From the human T2T-CHM13v2.0 reference genome, Homo sapiens: 64,000 nt of DNA. The position numbers were made by a program, and so were the translations under genes. Shown here piece by piece: positions 49,501 through 64,000 of this stretch. Position 1 is the first letter of the stretch; each line of letters begins with the position of its first letter. Under the pieces are notes generated by a model. It had not been told where the DNA came from. It saw only the letters and a program-made list of their open reading frames with translations, and made no database searches. The stretch lies in the NCBI RefSeq assembly GCF_009914755.1, contig NC_060926.1. One strand, 5' to 3'.

Positions 49501-51787
49501 CATCCTATGTGAAATTCTTTATCTATAACTGTGTACATGTTCATCCACATTGGGAAAATCCCTGAAAGACCATGTAAGATTACCTGGTGAGCTAGTATGT
49601 GAAGAATGTAATTTATTTTAACTCAATGAAATGCACTTTAAATTTCTTTCTTTCAAAACATGAAATGGAAGTGCAGCTTCAAAGTTTTAAAATTGATTGT
49701 GAAATAATTTTGGACAAGTCTTCTAAGAAGAAAGAAAGAAAAACCAGAACTAGTTGGCATTTCCTGACTGTAATCTTACTGCTTAATTTATATAGGCACT
49801 AGAGTACTAACCTATTGCATAAATTCACCTACAAAATTGTTCAATATGTGCACCCACATGGATGACTTCATGTTTCATAAACATGTTGAACACATCAAAC
49901 ATTCAAACAAATCCAGGAAATCTTGGAGTTCAAATACCATGTTGAGTTTTTTGACACAAACAAATATTGTTTATAAACAGCTGGTGAACGGTTATTATGA
50001 AGTATGGCAAAAGAAATATGTGGAAGGAATAAGCATTATCCTCATCTTTTTTCCAGAGCAATCTAAAGCGCATAGTCCAACATTTGAACATAGCAAACAG
50101 TTAATTTATAAAGAAATGATTCATATATTCTATGTGAGAATTTGAAGAATAACCAGGAAGCTTCCTCAGCACTCTAAGTAGCCATTATTAATGATGATAA
50201 TAGGTACCATTTAGTGAATACCTACATCATAGAAAGTCCCAGGCACTTTACACATGCATTTGTCTCATTATCTTGTTAATTTCCACCCTACCCACCTCTA
50301 AGAAAGTTACAGTGAAAAATTAATTTAATTTTCAACTTTCAGTGAGAGGCCAACAGAAATTTAAAAAAAAAAATGGTAATCTTGCCATGCCAATTGCTAA
50401 TTAGTGTCATTCAGCTGTGCCCATGTAGACGCTCTGTACCACAGCAGAATAATAAAACTAGGTCATTGCAGACCACAAAGGGCCTTGTGGTAGATCAATC
50501 CCAAAGTAGCAAGGAATCTGAGAGATCATCTAATATGATGCTTTCATTTTAAAGATCAGAAAACTAAAGCCCAAAGAGTTTGTTTGATTTGTCCAAAGTC
50601 AGACAGTGAGTCAGTGGTGCAAATAAGATTATGTATTATAATTAATGAGTTAATTCAGAAACGAAGATAATTTTCAATGTTAGCTTTTTCCCCAAAGGCT
50701 AAGACTTATTCAATTTCTTTAAAAAGTAATTCATATCTTCAGAAATTATATTTTTTATTTGGTTTATGTTTATTGTGTGTGTGTGTGTGTTTTGTGTGTC
50801 ACTAAAGATCAGAAGTGTCACCAATTGATTAGAAGGGTCACACATCAGAAAAGATTCTTCTTTCAGTTTTACTGATACTTTTGAATAGTTTAAATCTATT
50901 TCAAGTCTCCTTGAAATCTACATGCATCAATCTGTATGCCAGAGACAAATGATGTGCTCCGTCTTGCCTACATAATAGTGAGTTCATCAGCCGTAAAGGA
51001 ATAGCAAGTGAGGTACGGTTTATTTCCTCTGCAGCCAAATGGATAATTTTAAGGCTTATTAAAATTATAATTTCAGTTTAAATGGCTGAATGAGGATGGT
51101 GGCAGTTTTCCCAGATGGTTTCTTTTAGTATCATATTTATTACCACAAAAATGTCATTAATTATCTGCTGAAATTTTCATCATAATGATGATGGTAAACG
51201 AATAACAATTTTTTCAAGGAATACAAGAAAGCTATTAATTTTGCCAAACAAAACAGCAAGGAAGTAATGTTTATTTATAAGTAATTAAATGAAAGTTAGA
51301 TGATAAGCTAAATTTTTTGTTATTCTGTCACCAATGCAAAAGTGTAAACATCAAATTGTTAATGTAACTATTTCTTTAGAGTAAATCTTACAAGATAACA
51401 TGCATATTGAGTTTGAGACTTTTCTCAGCATAATTACATGATATTATTGGTAGTATGATGGTAAACTCTGGCGTTGAATTATCTAAAGTAGTATACAGGT
51501 CCATCAATAGTTTGAAAAGTTTTAAAAGTTAAACAACAAATAAGGATACAAAAATATTTGCAACAGATCTAAAAAAATGTACATATACTAAATGATTAAT
51601 TTCTAAAAGCCCAACCTTTCTAATGAAGGAAATTAGGTTTAAAGCAAGATATCCTTTCACCTGTCAAATCAACAGATTTTAAGAATAATATTATTGAATT
51701 TATTGAATGCATAAATGTGATAATACTGGTCTGACTAAAGCAGTACCCTCAACACTACTAGAAAGAATAAATTACCACATCTTTTTA

Positions 51788-52155
<368 letters not shown>

Positions 52156-53194
52156 TCACCTTTTGAAAGTGGTATCAGTGGAGATCTGTAGGTTTTAGAA
52201 TTTTAGATGCTTGTTATTTTCCTTTGTGTACATTTCCATATTTTCCAAATTCTCTACAATGGGTACTTACATAATTTGTAGTTAAAAGTAAACAAAACCC
52301 AGTGTTTTAAAGGCAATTAGGCTTCTACATTTTGCCCTATAAAGTCACAGCATTGAAGACATTTTTTTCCAAGTTGGAGAAAAAAGAAAGAGAAACTTGC
52401 CAACTCTAAAATCACTACTAGTATTTGAGCTTAACAGCGCTCACCCACTTTCTTCTTATAGCACTTTGTCTCTGAAAAATGTTAAGGACCTATTTTCTCT
52501 AACATGTTCATGAGTAGATCCCTTTCTTCTTTTCTCTGCCTTTAATATTCTCCTTATCAACAAATCATTTCTAAATAGTCCTGTATTGAAGGTATTTACA
52601 AGGTATTAGGATTAGTAAGAGATATGAAATCCTGGCTCAGACCCCCATTCCCTGCCCCATAGTACTCTTATTTATGTTAGAGAGGTAGGATTTACAATTT
52701 AGAAAATAACATGGTAGGTTTCAAATGAGTGGTACATTACAACTTTTACTTCATCCCCAAATAATGTATTTTTACACGATGCAGGTAACTCATATGCCTT
52801 TTAAAATTAGCCTCAGAACACATGTTGTTACTTATCTCAAGACGACTTTCTGTGGAAAAACTTCTGTCAGATCCAAATACCATAAATACTTATCCATTCC
52901 ATCAGTAATTGGTGGGTTTTTAATCTCAAAAATATTTTAAACTGCAAAATTGATTTTTGAAAAAGTCCCTTTTTTAGTTACTGGAAAATTTACAGCTATA
53001 TTTGTGGTCTGCTCCAGTGGCTGTGTCAAGTATAAGCATGTATTTTTGCTTCAACTTTTGTTCAACTCTTTTGGCTGCCAGCTTTGTTTCCATTAATTTG
53101 CCTCAAGTTTAAATTGGGCTCCCTTCTTTATTTTATGTGTCTTTATAAACCACATTAATTCCTTCCTAAAGAATATAATATTGTGGTACTTATT

Positions 53195-54662
53195 CAAGAT
53201 GGATGACTAGAAGCAGCTAGTGGATGTCTCTTCCACGGAGATGAATCAAAATAATGAGTAAATACTCGCAGTTTGAAGAGATAGCCTGAAAGGACACTGG
53301 AATTCATCAGAGAAGTTAAAGGAATCACAAAAAGCAGAATGAAGCCAGACAGCTTGCTGATCTGGGATCTGCATAGAGTGGGAAGAAGCTCCCTGACACA
53401 GGGAAGGAGTAAATGAGCCCTCCACGCTCCCACTATGGACTTTCAGAATCCAGGAGCCTCTTGGACGCTCCTGGGCCTCCAGTCTAACACAGGGAGCTGC
53501 CTGGAGATCATGCAGAGGCTTTGCCTTAGCCCATGTATATGTCATCCCACAGGCCTTTGATGCCCGAACAGCTGCAGATCTATGAGAGCTGCTGCCACCT
53601 TGCTAGGGAGGGATCTCAGGGTGGGGGGTGGGCAGGCACTTTTGCATGCCCTGAAGACAGATACCACTGCCACTCTCACGATGTAGAGTAGCAAGCCAAC
53701 TGTGTGCCTCACAGTTGCTTGCCTCTGCTGCTCCTGCTAGGGGAACCTGCCTTCTACAGGGGCCATTCTGGCTATAACCCATTGCTTTTGTGAGAGCCCA
53801 GACTGCAGAGGCCTGTGATCTGCCCTGGGCATCCTGCTACCATCATCACAGCCGCTGCCACCACTGCCAAACCAGGAAGGTAGCAAGGAGACTGGACATC
53901 ACGCCATGCCAGACAAAAGATACTGTCTGCTCCTGTGAGAGGGAGGCATGGGCACAGCTGCCTGCCTCCACCGCTCCTGCTGATATTCCCAGGTGACAGG
54001 CCTGCAGCGCAGCCACCCTACCCCCACTTGATTATTTCAGCTGTGGCCTGGAACCCTCCTAAGAGCCTAGCCAGTAAAGGCCTGTGGTCTGTCCCAGGCT
54101 GCTGCCACTTGAGGGTTCTGCAGCTGCCTGAGCATTCAGCCTGCAGCCATCTGAGCATTCTGCTGGCGGCCTCTGGGCCAGCCTGCCCCTCCCTATCATA
54201 GCCAGCACTTGAACCCCAGGGAGCTGAGATGTCTGTTGATCCAGCCCTGGTCCAGACCCTCTAGGGTGCATGCATGCCATCCAGAGAGCCATGTAGGGAC
54301 CTGCGGATTGGAGAATTGCCAAACCTAATCCACCATCACTGTCACCCAATCACTGTCTGTGTTGGCTGATGACATGATGTTACACCTAGAAAACTCCCAA
54401 GTCAATTACTGCATGTTCTCTCTTATAAGTGGGATCTAAACAGTGGAATCACATGGACATATAGAAAGAAATAATAGACACTGTGGACTCCAAAAGGGAA
54501 GAAACTGGAGAAGGGTGAGGGTTGAGAAATTACCTATTGGCTACAATGTTCACTACTTAGGTGATGGGTATACTAGAAGTCCAAACCTCACCAGTACACA
54601 ATATATCCATGTAACAAACCTTCATCTGTAGCCCCTGAATTTATAAAAGTAAAAAATAAGAA
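53195..54662 (+). mobile_element. Internally deleted old L1 (L1PB/L1M1-like): 5'UTR + RT fragment + 3' end
   Basis: caagatggatgactagaagcagctag start; GC-richer 5'UTR; 54353-54400 encodes LSVLADDMMLHLENS; 3' end with aaattacctattggctacaatgttcactac. Confidence 0.8.
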
Positions 54663-54764
54663 TGTGTGTTTCCAAAAAAAAAAAGAAGAAGGAGAAACTT
54701 AAGGTATCTTTGAAGCCAAATAATTGAAAAAGAAGTAATGGGAAAAGCTATCTATTATACAATT

Positions 54765-55030
54765 CTCCTTTTTTGACTACTTATGTGATTACATTCTGGA
54801 AAAGGAAAAACTACAGGGAAAGAAACAGATCTATGGTTACCAGAGTCTAGGGGTGGGGAGAGGCTTATTAGAAAGGGGTGTGGGAGAATTTTGGGGGGTG
54901 ATGGAATTATTCTGTATCTTGACTGTAACTATGGTTACATAAGTACATGTGTTTGTCAAAAATCACATGATTGTGTATTAAAAGTGAGAATTTTACTGTA
55001 TGTAAATTATGTATTATAATATAAATTGAA
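54765..55030 (+). mobile_element. L1MC/ME 3' end
   Basis: attctggaaaaggaaaaactacagggaaagaaacagatctatggttaccag...gtgatggaattattctgtatcttgac. Confidence 0.75.
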
Positions 55031-55734
55031 ACAAAGAAGGTGATATAAATAAATAAATAAATGGAAGTAATACAAGGATTACAGAAACATGTCAGACAAT
55101 TTAAGTTAACTTATGCTGTCGTAACCAATTACTTCAATTTTTTAATGGCTCACAAACAAAAAAGGTCATTATTAACTCATACCACATGTTCATCAGGATA
55201 TGCTTCAGCTATGTTCAGTTTCATCTTTATTCTGTAATTCAAGCTGATCTGGTACATTGCAGATCTCTTGGAAGAGGGAAGAGGGAAAGTAATGGCTTTA
55301 AAGCTTCTGCTCAGAACTGGTACCTACTACTTTCACTCATATTTCATTAGCCATGAAAACCTGATAGGGTTTGGCAAACAACTGGCTATGGTTAATGAGA
55401 TACAAGGTACCTATGAAAGTGATAGGTACCAAATGTGACACAGATATGTACTCCTCCTACAGGTAGGGACCACAGATATTTGAAGAGTAACAATCTATCC
55501 CATGGAAGAAGAAATAAGTGTGCTTTGGGGTTTTTGAAGAAGTCTACAACCAGAAGACAGGATATACAATGCAAAATGCTAGGTGTCATTCTTTGGTTTC
55601 TGTACCTGCAAAATGGGCATGATTACTTTGAAGACGAAATGAAACTAAAACTTACTAAATATTCAATGAATATTGGTTCTTACCACTTGATTTTGTAGAT
55701 TCATGGGAAGTCAAATGAAGGAGGAGGTAAGTAA

Positions 55735-56670
55735 GCATCTAAACTAAATATGTGTGAGACTGAACTTTTTAACTTTTGCCTCCAAGCTTCTTCCATCTGC
55801 AGTCTCCCCATCTCAGTGGATGACAAGTTCATGCTTTCAGTTCCTCAGGCTGAATCCTGGCAATCATCACTAACTTCTCCTTTTCTTAAGTCCCATATCC
55901 AATCTATCAGTAAATTCTGTCAGCTCTAGCCTGGAAACATATTCAGAACTCACCCATTTCTTACCACCTCCACTGCTACAACCGTAGCCAGAGTCATCAA
56001 AACATCTGCCTACATTGCTGCAATTGCCTTCAAAATATTCTCCCTATTTTAGTTCTCCACATTGTATTCTCAATGTCAGCAAAATTTTCTTTAAAATATC
56101 TAGTCCAAGCACGTCACTTTTTGCTCAAAAACCATTCAATGGTTCTCTACTGCACACAGAGTAAATCCCAAAATCCTTTAACTGACATCTAACATCCTAT
56201 ATAATCTGATTCCATTATCTCTCTGGCCTAATTTCTTACTCTTTTCACTTTGTTCACCCTCTGAAGCCTTCCATGCTTCAGCCATTCTTGCTGTCCTTTG
56301 AATGTGCCAAGCATATTCCAACCTTTGGGTCATTGCTGTGACCACTCCATGTGCCTGAAATGCACAGATAGCTAACACCTTCACCTTCTTACACCTTTGC
56401 TTGAATGCCATCATCTCACTAAGACCTCCTGTGACCCCATACTACCCAGGGAAGTCCTGCCTCTCTTTTTCTACTTTGTCATTTTTCATGGCACATTTCA
56501 CCTCCCAATGTACTGGATAATATAGTTATTTGCCATGTCCATTGTTTATTGTCTATCTCTCTCTTCGGAATACTTGTTCTATAAGTGCAAAGAGCTGTGT
56601 TTTGTTCACGAATGTTTCTCAAGCACCTGCAAGAGCATATCACTTAGTAAACATTTTCTTGATTAATGAA
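55735..56670 (+). mobile_element. L2 3' part
   Basis: catctaaactaaatatgt...tccccatctcagtggatg...ttcttaccacctccactgctac...ttgttcacgaatgtttctcaagcacct. Confidence 0.85.
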
Positions 56671-57340
56671 TATAATATTGTGGAGGTAATAACTCAAAAA
56701 ATTTGGTGAGTGACTGGATATGATGGAGTGGCAGTAGCATAAATTATAGGAAAGAAAGGAAGAAAATGAACAACTCCAAAGTTAAGTTTTTAGCCTGAAG
56801 GTTTGTCCCATCTTTTCTTCTGAAAATAAGTCATTGGTTTAGAAATCCACTGAAACAATACCTATTCATGTTTGAATTTTGTGACTCAACATTCAAGTTC
56901 ATGCCTAATGGAATGTTACTCAATAAACTTGAATTTTATAACTAAACTAGTTAGTTTACATCTAGAAAAGACAGATAAATCTATTCCTAGGTATTAAAAG
57001 AAAACTTAGGGGAGATCACTATAAAAACCCATGTAGAACAATATTTAACTCTTTTTCCCCCTCAGTTTATGCTCCACTCAGCCTTAGAAAGAGGTAGAAA
57101 AGTGTCACAGTACAATTTTAAATAATAAAATATCATATCTGCTTCCCTTCCCATGCTTTTCCTCTTCCAGAATGGACATGTTAGCTTACTATTATTCTGA
57201 AGAAAGGTAGGAGGAATAAATGTGCTGTTCTAATTACTAATTTACTATATAGAAAAAACATAAATGAGTTATTATATAATTTTATTATATTATTACTTAT
57301 AATAAGATAACTGTAATTAGTACATTAAATTTAATTATTA

Positions 57341-57760
<420 letters not shown>

Positions 57761-58007
57761 TTACTCCTATTAGCACCAAACATATGACAGCATGCGTAGT
57801 AAGAGATTAGAAAGTATTTATTGGTAGATTAGAAATGAATTCATTGCATTTTAGATATAGCTATATTGCAGACTTGACTTCAAGGCCAGATATTCTCAGA
57901 GAGGCCAGTTAAATCACAAATCTAGAAACCTGCTGGAGTCCAGTTTATTAGCATATTTTTTATTAGTCATAGCAATTCTTTCCATTGCATAGCTTGCAAA
58001 GGACATT

Positions 58008-58475
58008 ATATTAATCAAAGCCCTAGAAGAACACACATGACACATTGAAACTTGCTAATAGAAGACAGTTTAATAGAAAGGACAAAGTATGAAGGTGTGT
58101 ACAGGGTTTATGGAAGAGATACTGCAAGATATAGTGCAATTCCCCAAGGACAGCATTGCTGGGGAGCTGTTATTACCCATGGGTCCGAAGAACATGAGGA
58201 AAGAATAGTTACTGAAATCTGGAGAAAAAAATTATATGGAGAAGGCTGCTTGGCAGGAGTTGTGGCAAATTGCCTGGAGGAATAAATACTGTGGACTTTT
58301 TTTACACATTCCCATCTGCTACCACCAGTACCTCCCATTGGCTAAATACAACTGGAAGCCAAGGGCAAGAAAACCCATTGATGTGGTCTGTGGAAGTCCA
58401 CCTTCCAGGGCACAAGACAGGGAGGAGAAGATACAAAGGTCATTTGAATAGGCAAATGGAAAACTCTCAGCACAG
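58008..58475 (-). mobile_element. Old ERVL-class LTR remnant
   Basis: cctcccattggctaaatacaactggaagccaagggcaagaaaacccattgatg. Confidence 0.55.
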
Positions 58476-59834
58476 GGAAGAATCACTCCTTTCGCTAAAG
58501 ATGGTGAGAAGCTGTGTTACGCAATTCCTAGATCTTTGAATACAGTAGATTAAAATAATGTTTCCTTGACATAGACAAATGGACCTTGACTCAATGTCAA
58601 TGTGTGTGTAGAGTTCGTAGAAACTTTTATATACACTTAAATTATATTAAATTGTTTTTTACAAGGATGATAAAAAGAGTATAGAAATAGATAAACAATG
58701 ATCAATTGAAAGCCAAGCGAAAGAATCTTTAAAAACATTTTATACTAGAAATAGATTATGAAAAACCTCCTTCCATGAATTGCTTACTACTTTGCATTTA
58801 TACAAACTCCATTTCCCATTACTATAATATGAATATTTTTAGGGCTAATTTTACAACTGTAGTTCCGCTAATATGTTGCTTTATAATGCAGAACCCATTT
58901 TTTTTTTGTGAAATACATTGATGTATTTTAATTTTATTTTGTGTGTTATAAAACCTTTTTATGTCCTCATAATCATCAGAATTTTATGTTTTATTTGTCA
59001 GCCTGTTAAGTATCCCTTAACTTGTTGATGATTTTAATTACTCTTAAAAGCCATTTATTCTGTTAGTTTTAATACCACACAAACTTCATTTCAAAAAATA
59101 TGTTGATAAAAGTATAGTGAATGCACATATACTTAAAAATAAAACTACTATTTGAATTGTCTTGGTAACTTGTAATTTTCTCCCTTGTAGGGCCTGTATT
59201 GCAGGAGCTAAATGATTGAAACTAAATTTCCAAGAAACCCTGCTATTGGAATCCACAATGAGAGACTCTTGCTTTGGACTTTGAGGGTAAAAGAGAAGCT
59301 TTTGTGAAATTATTGCTTCTTCAGTAGTACTTGAGAGAGATGGGGATTTTGACAGATGGGAGGTTTTGCAAAAGTATTATCTAGAAAATTATCCACCTTA
59401 GTGGTGGAGGCAGCCTTGAGCATCACTGGTGCTTCCAGTGGTTCCTGCAACTTCTGGGCTCCTTGCAAACTAGATATGACCCCACGGTCTAGAAGAGGAC
59501 TTTCTGACTCAGTTGTCCTTCCTTTATTATGGATTTGTGGGCATCTACCTTACTGTATTAACTGTTGTCCTATAAATATACTTTCCCGCTTGAACACTTT
59601 TAAGTTGTTTCTGTTTTCTTGACAAAATCTAAACCAACACAAAACTTGGTTTAAAAAGGCAAAGAGGGAAGGTACTGCCAAGCAAAAACCTAAAGTATGT
59701 GACTCTGCCAAATGGCTAAGTAATGAGATGTAAGGAAATTGTTTTGGGAGAGGCTGGAAATGTGGATATGCAATGGAAAAACCTTTAGGAAAGTTTTACA
59801 TATGATAACTCTAGAGTAGCAAATGAGTCTCAAA

Positions 59835-60390
59835 GTGCAATAGTATGCAGAAAAAGTTAACATAGCAGAGCTGAGATTGCCACCTTTAGCAAGTCCTGAC
59901 TGAAATTTTGGCCCTTGGCTGGTGTCTGGGAACAGTTATGAGGAGGGTTCTCACCATTTCCTGATAAGAATGGCTCGCTGTGCCTAAAATATTCATGAAA
60001 CCATATGGTTTTGCTTTCCTTCAGGGAGACTGTAATTTTGGTATGTGCTAGGCAGCGGGTGCCTCCATGACCAGCCCTCATTAACAACCCAGCTATTTAA
60101 TCTCAGATGAACTTCCCTGCTAGACAACACTTCACATGGATCGCCACAACTTGCTGGGGGGACTAAGCATGTCTGGTGTGAATCCACTGGGAAAGAACTC
60201 TTGGAAGCTTACACCTGGTTTCCTCCAGACGTCACCCCATGTGCCTTACACTTTGCTGATTTTGCTTTGTATGATCTCACTGTAATAAATCATAGCTGAC
60301 TATATCCTGAGTATGATTATATCCTGAGTCCTGCGAATGTTCCTAGCAAATCATCTAAGCTGGGGATGGTCTTGCAGATCACTAACACAA
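59835..60390 (+). mobile_element. MER21-type LTR within ERVL/MaLR remnants (about 59300-60610)
   Basis: ggcccttggctggtgtctgggaac...tcttggaagcttacacctggtttcctccag...tgtaataaatcatagc...tcctagcaaatcatc. Confidence 0.8.
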
Positions 60391-60619
60391 GTGGGCAATC
60401 GAATTTCTCTCAGATTGTTGAACTGAGGTATAATTAAAGAGTTTCACCCACCCTGACAGAAGAAAGTCTTCATGCATCCTGCCCAGCTGACTCTGAATAA
60501 CTCTCATTGGTTATGGACCAGTGACTACTCTGTGTCTCACATTCTCTTTTCTGAATGGGGAGTTTTATTGCACTTATCCTGTGTCTGTTCCATCACTGAA
60601 AATTGGGTGTCTTATCTTT

Positions 60620-61270
60620 CAGGTTCCAACCCTCTCCCTATATGCTGTTTTGTGATGTTGTTGCTGAGATTCTGCAAACACATTTTTGCTTTGCCAACTG
60701 GTTCCCTGGTAAGCTAAGTCAAAAGATGATACTATCAGGAGACAAAAAGGCTTGAAGTGATGAAAGGGACACTATATTTCTTGTTCGTTTCTTGTTTCTT
60801 TCTGTGCCACTCCAGCCTCACTTCTTTACCCTGGAAATGGCAGTCCATTCCAGCGACAGCAGATTAATCAAGTTTGCAATTTTTCCAATACTTGCAAAAC
60901 AAGCTTCATTGCAATTTCTCCAAATTATTGTTACCAGCTGAATTATACCCCTTTCTGAAAAGTCAGGGTCCTAACCCTACGGAGCCCCTTCCTTCCAATT
61001 CATGGGGGCCAGCATCAGCTGATCAGCTTCTCTTTTTTCGATTCTGAATTTCAACATCACAGAACCTCTCCTCCAAGCTTCTAAATTTCAATAATTCATT
61101 TTTTTTCTCCTCACCCCTTCAGCCCTAGTGGTGGTAGCTTTTTCCCGCAGTTGCTAGCTCTGTAACACCTTAGGAATTCTTTTTTGACCCTTAGTTCTTC
61201 CAAGACTAGTTATGAACATTTCATATTGAATTCTCATCTTTAAAATGGCTGGTGTGATTCGACTCCTGAT
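60620..61270 (+). mobile_element. LTR33-like ERVL LTR
   Basis: gctgagattctgcaaacacatttttgctttgccaactggttccctg...aaaatggctggtgtgatt. Confidence 0.65.
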
Positions 61271-61449
61271 TGAATCTTGACTCTGTATGGGTGGGGAAGG
61301 CCAAAAGTAAGGGTGGTAACAGTTTGTCTTATAGTTCACATGACCTGAAATCCCCCTTCTGGACTTAATCAAGAAGACTCCATCACCTAAAGATCCTGGA
61401 CTATCCACCCGCTGCAGTGATTGGAAGAGACTTCCTGTTATCCACCTTG

Positions 61450-61800
61450 GAGAAATCTGAGATCAAGGTGTTGGCAGGGTTGGTTCCTTCTGAGAGATGT
61501 GAGAGAAATGCTCCATGCTTCTCTCCTAGCTGGTTGCTGCTGGTAATCTTTGCTGTTGCTTGGCTTGGAGATGCATCACCTTGATCTCTGAATTCATGTT
61601 CACTTGGTGCTTTTCCTGTATATATGTCTATCTCCAGATTTCCCCTTTTTATAAAGATACCAATCCTATGGAATTAGGGGCCAACCCTACTCCAGTGTGA
61701 CCTCATCTTAACTATTAATAATTACATATATAAATGCTATTTCAAAATAAGATTACATTCTGAGATACTGGGGTTCACGACTTCACTACATGAATCCTGG
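61450..61800 (-). mobile_element. MaLR LTR (MLT1B/C-like)
   Basis: tctgagatcaaggtgttggcagggttggttccttctgag...gattacattctgagatactgggg. Confidence 0.85.
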
Positions 61801-62204
61801 AGAAAAGAATAGCCCTGTTCAAAAGAATTTAGTGGCATATATGCCACTTCAAGGTCTGACCCATAAACACCCATGTTATCATATGCTCTTTTTTCTGTCT
61901 TCCTCTTGGATGTCAAGCCCCAAAGACCTTGAAATATGAATGCTAAAGAAGCCTGGAACCCTAAATGGTGTAGAAAGCAGAATCCTAAACACCACCACAT
62001 GCTTACACTGATTGTACTCTTTGTGAGCGTCATGAAAACATCTATTATGACACAGATTGCATCTATGTGTCACAGCAGCTAGCATTACCTTAACTAAATC
62101 AACTACATAGTTAAAAGCAATGATCATACACTTAAAAAGGGTATCACAATTCCACCTATACTTTTATCTGTAATTCCGTGATAGTACTTTGACATTTGTA
62201 TTAT

Positions 62205-63125
62205 ACAAATACACTAATTATCAGAGAAATGCAAATCGAAACCACAAGGAGCTATCATCTCACATCTGTTAGAGTGGCTATTATCAGAAAGACAAAAGAT
62301 AAGTGTTGGCAAAAGGAATCCTTATACACTGTTAGTGGGAATGTAAATAAATACAGTCATTATGAAAAAAAGTATAGAGTTTCTACAGAAGTTAAAAACA
62401 GAACTACCTCATAAATCAACAATCCCACTTCTAGATATATATCTCAGAGAGTTATCTGCACCACCCATTTTCACTGCAGCATTATTCATAATAGCCAAGA
62501 CCTAGAAGCAACCTAAATGCCTATTGTCAGATGAATGAATAAAGAAAATATGATAGAATGGATATACAACATTTTTATATGTTGGAATGTTATACATTTT
62601 TTATACAATGGAATATTATTCAGCCTTATGAAAGAAGGCAATCCTGCCATTTATGAAAGCATAGATGAACCTGGAAGACATGATTCCAAATGAAGTAAGC
62701 CAGATTCAGAAAGGCAAATGTTGCATAATATTGTGCTTATATGTGGAATCCAAAATGGTCAAGCTCATAGAGACAGAGAATAGTATAGTGGTTACCAGGA
62801 TCTGGGGGGAAGGCGAAATGAAGAGATATTGGTCAAGGGATGCAAGCTTCAGTTACACAAGACTAAGTAGTTCTGAAGATTTAATATATAACAATGTGGG
62901 GTAGATCTTAAGTGATGTTACCATAAAAAAAAAAAAGAAAAAAGAATGGAACAGATAGACCAGAATAGAAAAAGTAAAGTGTGGTAACTATCTGAGGTTA
63001 TGAATATGTTAATTTGTTTGTGGTGATTATTTCACAATGTATATGTATATCAAATCATCAACTTGTGCATTTTAAATATATATAATTTCTCAGTATTAAA
63101 TATACCTAATAAAACATTTTTAAGA
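62205..63125 (+). mobile_element. L1MA/MB 3' end
   Basis: IIREMQIETTRSYHLTSVRVAII; 3'UTR gtgattatttcacaatgtatatgtatatcaaatcatc. Confidence 0.88.
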
Positions 63126-63498
63126 AAGAAAGAGGTCTGAGGAAAATTACTCTAAATAATTTCATCTGTCTACTAGGCTACACAGCTGATATATTAGTTT
63201 GCAATACTTAACATTGAAAGAGGGATCAGACACATACATATAATCCAAAGTCAAAGAATATAAGCCAAGGGATCAGAGGATAAATTTATATCCTCTGATT
63301 TTTAAAATAAAATTTAAACTTTTAATTTTTTAAATTTTATTTTTGTTTTCTTTCATTCTATTTCCTTTATACCAAAGTTAAAATAAAAAGTAGTCCAATG
63401 GACATTTGGACATCTGTAGGAAAGCGCTGGTATAATTTCCTGAAGAAAAAAGTAAGGTCTAAACTGAACTCGTTTCAGAACTGAAAAATAAACTGTCA

Positions 63499-63810
<312 letters not shown>

Positions 63811-64000
63811 ACTATCAGTCATTAACAAGAGTTTTATATTGAGAAGTGCTTTAAAAGTTACTAAAAACACTCTTTTCTATATGAGAAGGATAGGCTGACA
63901 TTTTAGTCCTATTTGAAAAAAAAATTAGAAATTCTAGCAAAGGGAAAAACATTGTGTCTCTCCATAAATTGGCATATCAAAAACACCTTTTAGAGTTTCC

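Noticed and set aside
53400-54350. GC-rich stretch as a CpG-island promoter of a host gene
   Set aside because: CpG-depleted and begins with an L1 5'-end signature; best explained as an old L1 5'UTR.

Overview
AT-rich primate genomic DNA, very probably human: a 5'-truncated Alu carries an AluYa5-type diagnostic base. It looks intronic or intergenic and is dense in interspersed repeats (about 14 Alus, several L1s, a near-complete Tigger1 with nested insertions, L2/MIR/L3 remnants, MaLR/ERVL/MER21 LTRs, MADE1). I recognise no intact protein-coding gene; the ORF-track entries are mostly Alu, L1 or Tigger decay products or chance ORFs. Main points: (1) a composite L1PA element at 31.9-35.5 kb that is spliced (97/976-type junction), 5'-inverted, carries Alu-derived sequence upstream of its 5' end, and lacks its 3' end; (2) a chain of well-formed minus-strand exon candidates (45.0, 41.7, 38.4, 18.5, 12.0, 5.0 kb), two of which join in phase into a stop-interrupted, protein-like frame, suggesting a lncRNA or a decayed gene; (3) a 206-bp, 96%-identical local templated duplication with a 6-bp flanking direct repeat; (4) a very young truncated AluYa5-type insertion; (5) an old L1 reduced to 5'UTR + about 50 bp of RT core + 3' end. 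Repeat subfamily names come from remembered consensus sequences and need RepeatMasker/Dfam confirmation. Boundaries of old repeats are approximate.
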